Source of the DNA: Sedimentisphaerales bacterium
GTDB lineage: Bacteria; Planctomycetota; Phycisphaerae; Sedimentisphaerales; Anaerobacaceae
Direction: 5' to 3'
DNA length: 64,000 bases
Assembly (NCBI GenBank): GCA_963708075.1
Contig: OY970194.1
Coordinates: 4,832,001 to 4,896,000, forward strand
The translations under genes were made by a program, and so were the position numbers. Under the pieces are notes generated by a model, which was given only the letters and a program-made list of their open reading frames with translations, made no database searches and was not told the origin of the DNA. Within the stretch, counting starts at the first letter, position 1. Every line of letters starts with the position of its first letter. Positions 20,998 through 31,490 of this stretch are shown piece after piece.

Positions 20998-21183
20998 ATG
21001 AAGGTGAGAGAAGTCATTAAGATGATTGAGGCGGATGGTTAGTTCATTGTGCGAAGAAAGGGCAGTCATCGGCAATTCAAGCACGAAACCAAGCCCGGCC
21101 TTGTTACAATAGCGGGAAAGCCGGGCGATGAGCTTGCTCCGGGTACTCTGAACAGCGTACTTAAACAGGCGGGTCTGAAATGA
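20998..21183 (+). pseudogene. hicA: HicA-family toxin with an in-frame TAG at codon 15
   Basis: MKVREVIKMIEADG*FIVRRKGSHRQFKHETKPGLVTIAGKPGDELAPGTLNSVLKQAGLK; TAG at 21040-21042; the stop overlaps the hicB ATG (ATGA). Confidence 0.88.
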
Positions 21184-21392
21184 GGTATTTGGTCATCATC
21201 GAGAAGACGAAGACAGGCTTTTCCGCTTATTCCCCGGATTTGCCGGGCTGCGTTGCCACCGGCGCCACGAGAGAGGAGACGGAGGAGAACATGCGGGATG
21301 CCATTGCCTTTCACCTGGAAGGCATGCGTCAGGAAGGACTTGAGTCCCTGCAACCGCAGAGCATCTCAACTTATCTGGACGTTCCCGTCTAG
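21180..21392 (+). CDS. hicB: HicB-family antitoxin (short form)
   Basis: YLVIIEK...FSAYSPDLPGCVATGATREE...AIAFHLEG. Confidence 0.92.
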   Translation: MRYLVIIEKTKTGFSAYSPDLPGCVATGATREETEENMRDAIAFHLEGMRQEGLESLQPQSISTYLDVPV

Positions 21393-21990
21393 TAAGTTTT
21401 GACGAGCAAGACTGGTAATCAAGCCCCGCGAAGGGCCTTTTTTCCGTGGTTCTCGGTGCCCTCCGTGGTTCAAAATTCCTCCCTCTCATTACCACGACGA
21501 ACGCGGAGACAGCAGAAATCATCCCGGCCAGTCTTCTTGGCGTTCCCCGCCTGTGCGAGGGCAAGCTTTGCGTTCTTGGCGAAAGGAAGGTTTGGTTGCG
21601 GCTGAGCGACGCGAAGCCATGCTGGGCTCGTTTCGGATTTCGATATTCGCATTTCGAATTTGACCCACGGTATGCCTTCTCCTGAATCTCGGCCTGCCTG
21701 AGCAATTCCCTGTGCAAGATAGCCTCTTGCCCATTGATCGGGCTACCCTCTTCTGGCCCAATCGGAGCATCTCAAGGAGAAGCCGGATTTCTATCGAGGA
21801 AAGGAGACGCACACAAAGCCCGCCAGGTGGGCCAAATCGTTTTATCCTCCATGTGAATAGTCCGTAATTCCTCGTGGAGGAGAAGTACACATTTCAGGTT
21901 GATGTGCGGAGGTAATGCCATGTGAAGACATGTCTTGTAATTGCGCGATTTGGATCAAGAGGGCACCAACATATTTTGGGGGGCACAGAG

Positions 21991-23859
21991 ATGAGGAACG
22001 TAATGATAGTGTTGGTCTTGAGTGTGGTGTTCGTATGCGCTCATGCTAGTCATGGCGCGCTAACGGATGGGCTGATTGGATACTGGACCCTTGACGAAGG
22101 CACCGGAACAGTTGCCCACGATTCAGTTGGTGGAAATGATGGAACCCTGGCGGGATTTACTGGCACCCCAGAGTCCGGTTGGACGGGCGGCAAGTTCGAG
22201 GGAGGACTTGCCTTTCATGCGATCGGAGACCATGTTCTAACTCCACTGCAGCCCCCGGCTGGCGCTAACCCAAGGACAATTGCATATTGGGCGAAAACGA
22301 CGAGATCAACATCGACCAACCCGGATACTATGACAACCGTTGGCTACGGCGCAACTTTGTACCATGGCGCAGTATTCACGACAGGTTTCAATTATCATGG
22401 TGAGGGGGTGACTATTGACGTCTGGTATGGAGCAGTGACCTATTCCGCGAGCGTGGGTGATGGTAACTGGCACTTCTATACATGGGTTGTTCCAGAGGGT
22501 ACGCGCATTGTCGCGGACGTCAAAGTATACATGGATGGGGTTCGCTTAACGGCAGTCCGTTCATCGTATTCGCCCTGGCAGACACTGAACACAGCTTCAG
22601 TTGGCCCGCTGGACATAGGAACGAACTCGTTTGACGGCGCTCTGGATGAAGTGCGTGTCTACAATCGCGCGCTCTCCGACGCTGAAATCGTTGAACTCTA
22701 CGCCTATTCGCCGCATGCCAATTCTGCTCCTGCTGCAAACGCAGGTCCGGATCAGATGGTGGAGCAAGCCGGCCCTGGGGGGACACAAGTGCAGTTGAAT
22801 GGCTCAGGCTCTTCCGACCCAGACGGGGACAGCCTGACGTACACTTGGATCTGGGCGAGCCAGACGGCTTCAGGCGTAGCACCTACTGTGATTCTTCCGC
22901 CGGGATTGACAATGATTACTCTGATGGTCTCTGATGGGGAACTGACTGCCACTGACGCGGTCAATATCACCGTACAGGACACTGTGCCACCAGCCACAGT
23001 CATTAGTTTAAGCGGAACGTCGGGAAACAATGGCTGGTACAAATCTGATGTTGATGCGACGATAACAGCAGACCCCGGACGTGGTTCGCCTATCAAAGAA
23101 GTCCACTATATTCTCAATGGCACTGAAAGCATTGTTGCGGGTGCAGCGGCTCAGTTCACGATCATAACCGAGGGCACAAGCAATCTGGAGTACTGGGGCA
23201 TTGATAATGCAGGCAATGCGGAAAACCACAAGACGACCACCGTGAAGATCGACAAGACAGGGCCGGCCATTGGATGTGCTCTGCCGGACACAGGTCAAGG
23301 CTGTGGCATGTACTTCCTGAACGAAACCGCGCCCGAGGCATCGTGGTCAGCCGCCGACCCCCATTCGGGAGTGGTTCCGCCTGACACGGGCGCGCTGGCG
23401 ATTGATACGAGCGCGGTGGGAGCGGGCAAGGTTCTGCCGGTGCCTGCAGGTCTGGCCATGGATAACGCCGGGAATGCATCCGAGGCAACGACTGCGACCT
23501 ATGCGGTCCGCTACCGGTACGATGGAGTCCTGCAGCCGATCAATACGGATGGGTCCAGCATTTTCAAGCTCAAGAGCACAGTGCCTGTGAAGTTCCGGCT
23601 GGCAGATGCGGCGAGCAATGCGGTCAGCACGGCGGTGGCCAGGATCGTCATCACCAAGATAGACAATGGTATTCTCGGCGACGAGATGGAAGCCGTTTCG
23701 ACATTGGCGGCCACGGGCGGGAATCTTTTCCGTTATGATCCCGTTGAAGGGCTGTACATCTTCAACCTGTCGACAAAGAATCTGTCTACTGGAACCTGGC
23801 AGATCAAGATCGTTCTTGATGATGGGACGAGCCAGTCTGTGATCATAGGGCTCAGGTAG
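21991..23859 (+). CDS. Secreted LamG + PKD/Ig-like + PxKF-domain protein
   Basis: Signal peptide; LIGYWTLDEGTG...FDGALDEVRVYNRALS (LamG); ANAGPDQ..GSGSSDPDGD (PKD); C-terminal STVPVKF. Lower GC than the host. Confidence 0.85.
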   Translation: MRNVMIVLVLSVVFVCAHASHGALTDGLIGYWTLDEGTGTVAHDSVGGNDGTLAGFTGTPESGWTGGKFEGGLAFHAIGDHVLTPLQPPAGANPRTIAYWAKTTRSTSTNPDTMTTVGYGATLYHGAVFTTGFNYHGEGVTIDVWYGAVTYSASVGDGNWHFYTWVVPEGTRIVADVKVYMDGVRLTAVRSSYSPWQTLNTASVGPLDIGTNSFDGALDEVRVYNRALSDAEIVELYAYSPHANSAPAANAGPDQMVEQAGPGGTQVQLNGSGSSDPDGDSLTYTWIWASQTASGVAPTVILPPGLTMITLMVSDGELTATDAVNITVQDTVPPATVISLSGTSGNNGWYKSDVDATITADPGRGSPIKEVHYILNGTESIVAGAAAQFTIITEGTSNLEYWGIDNAGNAENHKTTTVKIDKTGPAIGCALPDTGQGCGMYFLNETAPEASWSAADPHSGVVPPDTGALAIDTSAVGAGKVLPVPAGLAMDNAGNASEATTATYAVRYRYDGVLQPINTDGSSIFKLKSTVPVKFRLADAASNAVSTAVARIVITKIDNGILGDEMEAVSTLAATGGNLFRYDPVEGLYIFNLSTKNLSTGTWQIKIVLDDGTSQSVIIGLR

Positions 23860-23985
23860 TCCGCAGCGCGGCCTTTGGCCGCAATCAGATGATCTCGCGC
23901 AGACGCTGAGGCGCAGACAACAGCAGGGTGGAATCGCATTTTCAACTCCGCGTCCCTGCGTCTCTGCTCGCTACATAGATCGTCG

Positions 23986-24107
23986 CGTGGGTCAAGGACC
24001 CACCCTACGAGCTAACCGAATTAGCCTTACTATGTCGCCCCCGCGCAGGCGGGGGTCCAGGACGATTCGATGCGCGACTGGATTCCCGCCTTCGCGGGAA
24101 TGACATA
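23986..24107. repeat. REP cluster: GTAG-type REP plus a GTCATTCCCGCGAAGGCGGGAATCCAG-type element
   Basis: cgtgggtcaaggacccaccctac (near-identical at 30476-30498); tatgtcgcccccgcgcaggcggggg...attcccgccttcgcgggaatgacata. Confidence 0.8.
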
Positions 24108-24145
24108 CGCGCTGTCTTGGCGCGTTCCTATTATGTTGGAGGCTC

Positions 24146-25603
24146 TTATCGTGATTGGCTGCAGCGCAGGGTTTGCAGACATTGGCGGGCGATGTCTTTG
24201 TCGCTGAAGTCGTGTTTGGTGGTGCCGATGATCTGGTAGGTCTCGTGGCCTTTGCCGGCGAGCAGGACAATATCGCTGGGCGCGGCGGTCTCGATGGCCA
24301 GCTCGATGGCCTTTCTCCGGTCCGCCTCGACGGTGATTCTTTCCGAGTCCGGATCCTCGAACCCGGCCACGATATCCTTGATAATGGCCTGCGGCTGCTC
24401 CGTTCTCGGGTTGTCGCTGGTGACGACGATCCTGTCGGCCCACTGCTCGACAACGCGGGCCATTCGCGGCCGCTTGGTCTTGTCGCGGTCTCCGCCGCAG
24501 CCGAAGAGCACGATCAGCCGGCCCCGGCACAGGGGTTTGAGCGTCGTCAGGACGTTTTGCAGGGCATCGTCGGTGTGGGCGTAATCAACGATGACCGCTG
24601 ATCCGTCACCATCGACCTTCTCCAGTCGCCCGGGCACTCCCTTGAGAGCGGAAAGGCCTTTGGCCACGGTGCCGAGGTCCAGCCCGGCCCCCAGGCACAG
24701 CCCGGCGGCGGCCAGGTGATTCGCCACGTTGTATCGCCCGACCAGCGGCGTCTTTACCCGCTCCCTTCGGCCCTGGTATTCGAGCACGAAGTTCGTGCCG
24801 TTTACGGTCATCGACTCGATGCGAGCGACCAGGTCGGCCGATTCGTCTATCGCATACCAGCAAACGCGGGCCTTCGTCGCCCGGGCAATCGACTGCGATT
24901 CCGGGGCGTGCTGATTCAGTACGGCGGTCGCTTCCGGGGCCAGGGCCGTGAACAGCCGGGTCTTGGCCGCCAGGTAGTTCTCTTTGGTCTTATGGTAGTC
25001 CAGGTGGTCGCCGGTGAGGTTTGTGAATGCCGCCGCTTTGAAATCGACGCCGGCAAGCCGGTCCTGGGACAGGGCGTGGCTGCTGGCCTCGATCACCATG
25101 TACTCGGCCCCCCCATCGATCATCCGGCGCTGGGCCTCGGCGATCGTGAGGCAGTCGGGAGTTGTCAGGCTCGAAGACGTAATGCCCGAGCCGGTGTCAT
25201 AAACGACTGTTCCCATGAGCCCGCACTTGTGGCCGGCAGTCTCGACACAGGAGCGAACCAGGAATGTGGTGGTCGTCTTGCCATTCGTGCCGGTAACAGC
25301 CAGGTTCGTCAATCGAGTGCCGGGATTGCCTCGTTTAGCCTGGGCGAGCAGTCCCGCCGCCTTGGCCGGACTCTCCACGGGAATCAGCAGAGCGTCCTTT
25401 GTATCCCACGGCACCGCATGATCCTGGGCATGAACGACGTACCTGGCGCCGTTGGCGAGGGCCTGGCCGATAAAGTCATGGCCGTCGCAAGTCGCCCCCG
25501 GAATCGCGACGAAGACATCGCCCTTACGCACGCGCCGCGAGTCGATCCGGACCTCCGCAGGCGCACCCGAAGAAATCAGTCCCAGGAATTCATTCCATGT
25601 CAT
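24146..25603 (-). CDS. murE: UDP-MurNAc-L-Ala-D-Glu--diaminopimelate ligase
   Basis: VTGTNGKTTT, LTTPD, EASSHAL, DHLDYH, VDYAHT, GCGGDRD, SDNPR (DAP specificity motif) and AGKGHE. Confidence 0.96.
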   Translation of the reverse strand: MTWNEFLGLISSGAPAEVRIDSRRVRKGDVFVAIPGATCDGHDFIGQALANGARYVVHAQDHAVPWDTKDALLIPVESPAKAAGLLAQAKRGNPGTRLTNLAVTGTNGKTTTTFLVRSCVETAGHKCGLMGTVVYDTGSGITSSSLTTPDCLTIAEAQRRMIDGGAEYMVIEASSHALSQDRLAGVDFKAAAFTNLTGDHLDYHKTKENYLAAKTRLFTALAPEATAVLNQHAPESQSIARATKARVCWYAIDESADLVARIESMTVNGTNFVLEYQGRRERVKTPLVGRYNVANHLAAAGLCLGAGLDLGTVAKGLSALKGVPGRLEKVDGDGSAVIVDYAHTDDALQNVLTTLKPLCRGRLIVLFGCGGDRDKTKRPRMARVVEQWADRIVVTSDNPRTEQPQAIIKDIVAGFEDPDSERITVEADRRKAIELAIETAAPSDIVLLAGKGHETYQIIGTTKHDFSDKDIARQCLQTLRCSQSR

Positions 25604-25843
25604 AATGTTCGCATCCCACGCGTCTAACCAGGCAGACGAGTCTAGCCATGAACAGCGCATTATTCTATGCCGTGAGCAACGCCCATGCAACCCTAGGACT
25701 ATCGGCGAGGGGGGCGATTTCAGATGAAAAACGGGAGGACGACTTCTATAATGTACGGACCGTTAGACGACCCGGCTCAGGGAGCCTTGAAGAGCGAATG
25801 GGATAACAGGAGCTTTGCATCGCGTATTTCGGAAGGAATCATC

Positions 25844-27340
25844 ATGACTGGACGACGAGCTTTGATTGGTCTGTGGCTGCTTCTGGCTGTTGCGTGCCCT
25901 GCCCTGGCGCAGGAGGAAACGGAGTATTACGCCCTGCTCATGGAGGGCAAGAAGGTCGGCTATGCGATCCATACGCGCGCCGTGCAGGACGGCAAGGTCG
26001 CTACTACCGATGACGTGAGCGTCACGATCAGCCGTCTGAGCATTCCTGTGACAGTGTCCATGACGGAAACATGCACCGAGACGCCCCAGGGCAAACCCTT
26101 GAGCTTCAAATCCGTCCAGCAGCTCGGGGCCATGACCATGAAGGTCGAAGGCGTGGTCAATCCGGACGGCACGATCGATCTGACGAGCTCGTCCATGGGA
26201 GCGGTGGAAAAGAGCAAGATGGACTGGCCCAAAGGGGCAATGATGGCCGAAGGGCTCCGGCTCCTGACCCTCAAGGGCGGCCTCAAGCCCGGCGCCGAGT
26301 ACGAGGCGGATATCTTCAGTCCGAGCATCATGCAGGTGATCAATACGAAGTGGACGATTGGCGAGAAGAAAGAGGTGGACCTGTTCGGGCGCGTCGTGAA
26401 GCTGTCGGAGATGATCACCATCGTGAACATGCCGGACACCGGGCCGATAACGACTACCAGCTATGTGGACGACGACCTGCGGGCCCTGAAGAACCAGATC
26501 CCCATCGCCGGGATGGTAGTCGAGATGATCGCCTGCACAAAGGAGGTCGCGATGGGCGGGAACGAGGTCCTCGAGATGATCGATAAGATGTTCATCAAGG
26601 CCCCGGAGCCGATCCGGGACGTCCACGAGACCGCGTCGATCACGTACACGCTGAGCCCCGTCGCGGGCGCCACGCTCAGGATTCCATCGACCGACAATCA
26701 GAAGGCCGAGCGCCTGCCGGAGGGTCGAATCCGCCTGGCCATCGAGCCTGTAAAGGCATCGGGCGGGACATTCCCGTACCAGGGAGACGACCCGGCACTG
26801 CTTGAGGCGGTCAAACCGACGCGGTTTCTACAGAGCGATCGCAAGGAGATCGTGGCCCTGGCCCGTAAGGCAGTCGGCGGCACGAAGGATTCGGCCGAGG
26901 CGGTTCAGCGAATCGAGGCGTTCGTCGCTCAGTACATCGAGAACAGAAGCCTGTCCGTCGGATACGCGTCCGCGGCCGAGGTAGCCGAGAGCCGCAAGGG
27001 CGACTGCTCCGAGTTCGCCGTCCTGACGACAGCTCTCTGCCGGGCCGTGGGCATCCCCGCCCAAGTCTGTGTCGGCGTCGCCTATGTGGACGATTTCGGC
27101 GGCATGCAGGGCTTCGGCGGCCACGCTTGGGCTCAAGCCTACGTTGGCGGCGATAAGCAGGGCAAGGGCGGCAAGTGGGTCGGCCTCGATGCGGCATTCA
27201 AGAGCAGCGGCCGGGGCGGCTACGACGCCGGGCACATCGCCCTGGCCGTCGGCAGCGGCGATCCCGGCGACTTCTTCGGCATGGCCAGCAGCCTCGGTCA
27301 ATTCAAAGTCGAAAAGGTCGAAATCCGAAGAGGCAAATAG
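25844..27340 (+). CDS. Secreted transglutaminase-like (Cys-His-Asp) protein
   Basis: Signal peptide; GDCSEFA, GHAWAQ and WVGLD. Confidence 0.88.
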   Translation: MTGRRALIGLWLLLAVACPALAQEETEYYALLMEGKKVGYAIHTRAVQDGKVATTDDVSVTISRLSIPVTVSMTETCTETPQGKPLSFKSVQQLGAMTMKVEGVVNPDGTIDLTSSSMGAVEKSKMDWPKGAMMAEGLRLLTLKGGLKPGAEYEADIFSPSIMQVINTKWTIGEKKEVDLFGRVVKLSEMITIVNMPDTGPITTTSYVDDDLRALKNQIPIAGMVVEMIACTKEVAMGGNEVLEMIDKMFIKAPEPIRDVHETASITYTLSPVAGATLRIPSTDNQKAERLPEGRIRLAIEPVKASGGTFPYQGDDPALLEAVKPTRFLQSDRKEIVALARKAVGGTKDSAEAVQRIEAFVAQYIENRSLSVGYASAAEVAESRKGDCSEFAVLTTALCRAVGIPAQVCVGVAYVDDFGGMQGFGGHAWAQAYVGGDKQGKGGKWVGLDAAFKSSGRGGYDAGHIALAVGSGDPGDFFGMASSLGQFKVEKVEIRRGK

Positions 27341-27376
27341 GTCCTATCCGTCCTATTGGTCCCATCCGTCCTATTC
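27341..27376. repeat. 9-bp tandem repeat x4 between convergent genes
   Basis: gtcctatcc gtcctattg gtcccatcc gtcctattc. Confidence 0.7.
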
Positions 27377-29122
27377 GAACTGAATGTCGCTTGTGATGAA
27401 CTCGACGCTCGTGTTGCCGTTGTAGCGGTTGAGCTGGGCCTCGAAGGCAATATTGAAGAACTCATTGTCGAGCAGCTTCTTCTCAAGAGCGCCCATGTTG
27501 AAGCCGACGCAGCGAATCGTGCCGGTGTTGTCGGTAATGGTGAACTGCAGATGATCGCCCTTGGCGCCGACGCGTCGCGGGGCCGAAAGCAGTCGGACGC
27601 CCATCGTTGCGAACACGGGTTTCGGGTTCCCCGCTCCGAAGGGGCCGAGCATTTCGAGCTGATTGACTGCATCGCGGGTGAACTGCCGCAGGGGCAGGAC
27701 CGCATCGATATCCAATCTCGCAACGACGTCCTCCTCTCTGAGGTTCTCGCGCGCATAGGCCTCGAAGTCTGCGGCGAATGGCTCAATCTTCTCCGGGTGG
27801 ATCGTCAGCCCCGCCGCCATTTTGTGGCCACCGAAAGTCGCCAGATGCGATGAGCACGCCTGAATCGCGCTGAGCAGGCAGAATCCCGGCACGGACCGGC
27901 CGGAGCCCTGGGCCGCCCCGCTCTCGCCGGGCGAGGCGTTGATCATGATCGCCGGACGGTAGAACTTATCGACCAGCCGCGACGCGACGATGCCGAGCAC
28001 GCCGGCATGCCACCCCTCGGCCGCCAGCACGATGCTCCGGCGATCCGGGTGGTTCCAGCCGCGCTCGATCACGATCTCGCACGCGTGCTTGAACATCTTG
28101 CGTTCGCACTGCTGCCGCTGGACGTTCTGGTCCTTGAGGTAGTCGGCGATCTGCCTGGCCTTGGTCTCACTCGTGCTGGTCAGCAGCTCCACCGCCAGCC
28201 GCGCGTGGCCCATCCGCCCGGCCGCGTTGAGCACCGGGGCCATGCGAAAACCGATCGCGTAGCTGTCCACGCCCTGCCCCTTCAGCCCCGCCGACTCGAT
28301 CAGCGCCTGCAAGCCGACGAGCTTGCTGTCGGCCACCGCCTGCAGGCCGAAGCTCGTCAGCACTCGGTTCTCGCCTCGCAGGTCCACGATATCGGCCACG
28401 GTCCCGATGGCGGCCAGGCTCGTGGCGTTGAGCATGAACTGGCGCAGCTCCGGCTCCAGCTTGGGCCCGTGGCTGAACTCCTCGGCCAGCGCCCAGGCCA
28501 GCTTATAGGCGACCATCGCCCCGGCCGAGTCCTGATTGGCATAGGACTCCTGCAAAGCCGGATGCACGATCGCCACGGCGGTGGGCAGCACCGCCCCCGG
28601 TTGATGGTGATCGGTGATGATCAGGTGCATGCCCAGCTTGCCGGCCAGGTTCGCCGCGTCATGACCGCCGATGCCGCAATCGACGGTGACGAGAACCTTC
28701 GTCCCCGCCTCGGCGAGCGTGCGAACCGCCTCCACGTTCAGGCCGTAGCCTTCCTCGATTCGATGCGGGATATAGAAATCGACCTGCGCGTCGAGCAGGG
28801 TCAGCAGTTCCCAGAGGATGGAGACGCCGGTGATGCCATCGACGTCGTAGTCGCCGTAGATGGTGATTTTCTCTTTTTTCTCGACGGCCTCGCGCAACCT
28901 CGCCACGGCCGGCTCGATCCCCGGCATATGGCACGGCCGGATCAGCTCCGTCAGCCTCGGCTGCAGGAACACGTTGCCCTCGCCGACCTCCGTGATCCCC
29001 CGATTGAGCAATACCTGCGCCACCAGCGGCGAGATCTTCAGAGACTTGGCAAGCCCCTCCGCCCGAGCATCGGCCGGCCGGATGTGCCACTCGTTCTTCT
29101 GCGTCCTTGCCGTACTCGGCAT
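27371..29122 (-). CDS. recJ: Single-stranded-DNA exonuclease RecJ
   Basis: YGDYDVDG, EGYGL, TVDCG, TDHH, GTVAD, NAAGR, GSGRS and GGHKMAAG. Confidence 0.97.
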   Translation of the reverse strand: MPSTARTQKNEWHIRPADARAEGLAKSLKISPLVAQVLLNRGITEVGEGNVFLQPRLTELIRPCHMPGIEPAVARLREAVEKKEKITIYGDYDVDGITGVSILWELLTLLDAQVDFYIPHRIEEGYGLNVEAVRTLAEAGTKVLVTVDCGIGGHDAANLAGKLGMHLIITDHHQPGAVLPTAVAIVHPALQESYANQDSAGAMVAYKLAWALAEEFSHGPKLEPELRQFMLNATSLAAIGTVADIVDLRGENRVLTSFGLQAVADSKLVGLQALIESAGLKGQGVDSYAIGFRMAPVLNAAGRMGHARLAVELLTSTSETKARQIADYLKDQNVQRQQCERKMFKHACEIVIERGWNHPDRRSIVLAAEGWHAGVLGIVASRLVDKFYRPAIMINASPGESGAAQGSGRSVPGFCLLSAIQACSSHLATFGGHKMAAGLTIHPEKIEPFAADFEAYARENLREEDVVARLDIDAVLPLRQFTRDAVNQLEMLGPFGAGNPKPVFATMGVRLLSAPRRVGAKGDHLQFTITDNTGTIRCVGFNMGALEKKLLDNEFFNIAFEAQLNRYNGNTSVEFITSDIQFE

Positions 29123-29531
29123 CGTCTACCTGCGTCCTATCTTTGTTGCCTTGAACCCACTCTACGAACTCCCGCCACAATAGGTGCGTGCAGAAGCCCG
29201 CTTTGAGACAATCCCCGCGAACCCTGCCTCGACCGCGATTGGGGAGCCCGAATCCAGCCGCGTCCGGTGTGCACCGCACACCACCTACCTCTTATATCAA
29301 ACCCCCGCCCTCCGCCGCAAGGCTTCTGTCGACGAAACCCGAAACTCGAAACAAGCTCGAATGAGTGAAGTCCGAAGCAAGTGCGCGTCAGGGTTAACCT
29401 CCGCCATCCCAGAAGTCGGCTGCGAATTTCCTGTCGTTGATGCACAGCGACGGAATTAGGTAGTGGGTCAGTTTGAATCTTGATATGGTGATTGGATAAC
29501 CAGCGTAGCAGTGTCAGACATTCACGGCAGG

Positions 29532-29969
29532 TTACTCTGAATCGTTGTTGGCTGGAAAGTCAACCATGTTAGTCGAAATCAAACCAGTCATAGCGGCCAC
29601 CATTAAGTTCTTGTCCTTTGGGTTGCTCTCGGCCACGCTAACAGTGAATTGATAGAGGTCAGCCATATCTACTTGCAGCCATTTACCGTTCTTATAGAGC
29701 AGGATGAAGAGAGTAGTTATGGCAATCCTTTTGTTGCCGTTCTGGAAAGGATGGTCTTTGACCATTAAGTAGAACAAGATGCTTGCTTTCGTGGCAAGCG
29801 TTGGGTAGGGGTCCTGCCCGAAGAACTGCTGGAACGGTACAGCTATACAGCCTTCGAGGGTGCCTGGGAATCTGGATGAGAAGTCTGGAATTCGCTCATC
29901 GAACTCCATGTGCTTTCTTGCCAATTCAAAGGCCAATTCCTCAACTTCCACTATCGTAAGACGTTCCAT
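29532..29969 (-). CDS. Fic/Doc family toxin
   Basis: HPFQNGNKR Doc-type motif; low GC. Confidence 0.9.
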   Translation of the reverse strand: MERLTIVEVEELAFELARKHMEFDERIPDFSSRFPGTLEGCIAVPFQQFFGQDPYPTLATKASILFYLMVKDHPFQNGNKRIAITTLFILLYKNGKWLQVDMADLYQFTVSVAESNPKDKNLMVAAMTGLISTNMVDFPANNDSE

Positions 29970-30244
29970 TACTCGTGGCTGAGCTTCTTTAGTACCGAGC
30001 CATACTCCTTCACAACACGACCTACAGCGTAATGTATCCGCGTCCGTTGCTCATCTGTCAAAGACCGGCCCAGTGCAACATTGGCATCCTCAGCTTTGAT
30101 GACATACTGTGCGCCGACCTTATGTGCGGGTATCTTTCCTGATCTTACTTTGTGCCATACAGAAACACGGCTCACGCCAAGTTCACGCGCAAGCTGCGGT
30201 ACAGTCATATCGTGTTGAACCAACATCTGCTCTCTCCTGTCCAA
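29969..30244 (-). CDS. Excisionase-like HTH protein, putative Doc antitoxin
   Basis: MTVPQLARELGVSRVSVWHKVRSGKIPAHKVG.QYVI HTH plus a C-terminal helix VVKEYGSVLKKL; its stop overlaps the doc start. Confidence 0.8.
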   Translation of the reverse strand: MDRREQMLVQHDMTVPQLARELGVSRVSVWHKVRSGKIPAHKVGAQYVIKAEDANVALGRSLTDEQRTRIHYAVGRVVKEYGSVLKKLSHE

Positions 30245-30255
30245 GCCCCGAAACC

Positions 30256-30326
30256 GTTAACTCTAACACTCAGTTAACTTCGGTTAACCACCCCATATAC
30301 CTTAACATTTATACCCAATTAGTCAA
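30256..30326 (-). promoter_or_regulatory. Promoter/operator of the HTH-doc operon with three GTTAAC palindromes
   Basis: GTTAAC at 30256, 30273 and 30283; TTGACT...TGtTAAGGT on the minus strand. Confidence 0.55.
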
Positions 30327-30564
30327 GGCTGATGTTCAATGTATTTGTGTCTTCGAGCTACTTTTTTTGCTCTGAAGTCCGAGAATAGGGTAAGGTTGCG
30401 TAGTCTATGTTACCACCGAATGCTTCCTCTACTGCATTCAGGTACCGGTTGTCCCCGCAACCGTGCGGGAGACCGCGTGGGTCAAGGGCCCACCCTGCGA
30501 CGACTGTCAGGTGGCGACAACTGACAACCCGGAACAAGCAACGGATTCGCGGCGTCCACCGCTA

Positions 30565-31113
30565 TTATCGCGGTATTGATTCGGCGTCGTGTATCGGCGG
30601 GGGCTCGTCCGTGGGAGGCCCGACGTAACGGTATTGGCAGGACACGTGGATCCCATTGCGGTCGTCGTATTCCCGTGTCATGGACCGGCCATCTTTGGCA
30701 ACGGAGTACTGGACCCGGTAGTTGGTCTTCGTTTCCATCACGTATTCCGCCATCTCCACGCACCTGCCGGAGCGATCCTCCGACGTAATCTTGAACAAGA
30801 CCTCCGCCATGCCGCGGCCGCGATCGGCCATGTAGAAGCCGGTCGCACCTTTGTTTGCCGTGGGGGCGACGTAGCAAAGGCGCTGGAACATCGGATCGTC
30901 GATGCTCTCCCAGTCTCCGACGAGACGGTACCCAGGCGGCCGCCCAAAGCCTGTCAACTGCATGGCCATGCTCTTGACGGGCTCCGTCAGGCCGGCCACA
31001 TGGGCCACGCCCAAACCCACGAGGGCCACAAGCACGATAGGGACCCACGGCGTCGTCCTCTTACGCGGTGGACGCGGGGGCTCTGAATACCCGCTGATAT
31101 CTTCTCGGAACAT
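30565..31113 (-). CDS. Hypothetical single-TM protein
   Basis: Basic N-terminus, TM (WVPIVLVALVGLGVAHV) and a beta-rich domain; host-like codon use. Confidence 0.6.
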   Translation of the reverse strand: MFREDISGYSEPPRPPRKRTTPWVPIVLVALVGLGVAHVAGLTEPVKSMAMQLTGFGRPPGYRLVGDWESIDDPMFQRLCYVAPTANKGATGFYMADRGRGMAEVLFKITSEDRSGRCVEMAEYVMETKTNYRVQYSVAKDGRSMTREYDDRNGIHVSCQYRYVGPPTDEPPPIHDAESIPR

Positions 31114-31303
31114 TTTCGGTCCTTTCGCAATCCTGGATAAATCACGACAGGAGTCTGCGCGCGCAGATCACTCCGCATTTCCTGCTCCTGTATCGGCTAT
31201 TCATCGCCGGCACTTCAGTCCGGTGAATTCCGGAACACCCAATTTGTCTCCGTGATCGATTCAACGCGGCGTTCCACGCCATGCAAGTTGTCTGAGATTT
31301 GTG

Positions 31304-31332
31304 TTGACACTTAACAAGCCCTCGTGTAATAT
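31304..31332 (+). promoter_or_regulatory. Putative sigma70 promoter of the HNH-AP2 gene
   Basis: TTGACA-17 nt-TAATAT. Confidence 0.6.
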
Positions 31333-31490
31333 GTCGGGCACGTCGAATCCAGTGACGTGTTTCGGGCCGGGGCAGTGCGGCCGGCCTGAAGGGCAATGAG
31401 CAGAGAGCAGTGTGAAGTGTCAAGCAGGGCGGGCCCTCTGACTTCACACTTGAAACTTGGCACTTCAAATTTCGTTGGAAGGGAGAAGCC

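Noticed and set aside
21040..21042. Genome-wide amber recoding or pyrrolysine suggested by the TAG in hicA
   Set aside because: TAG is the normal stop of mraY, murB, recJ, the SDR gene and others in this window.
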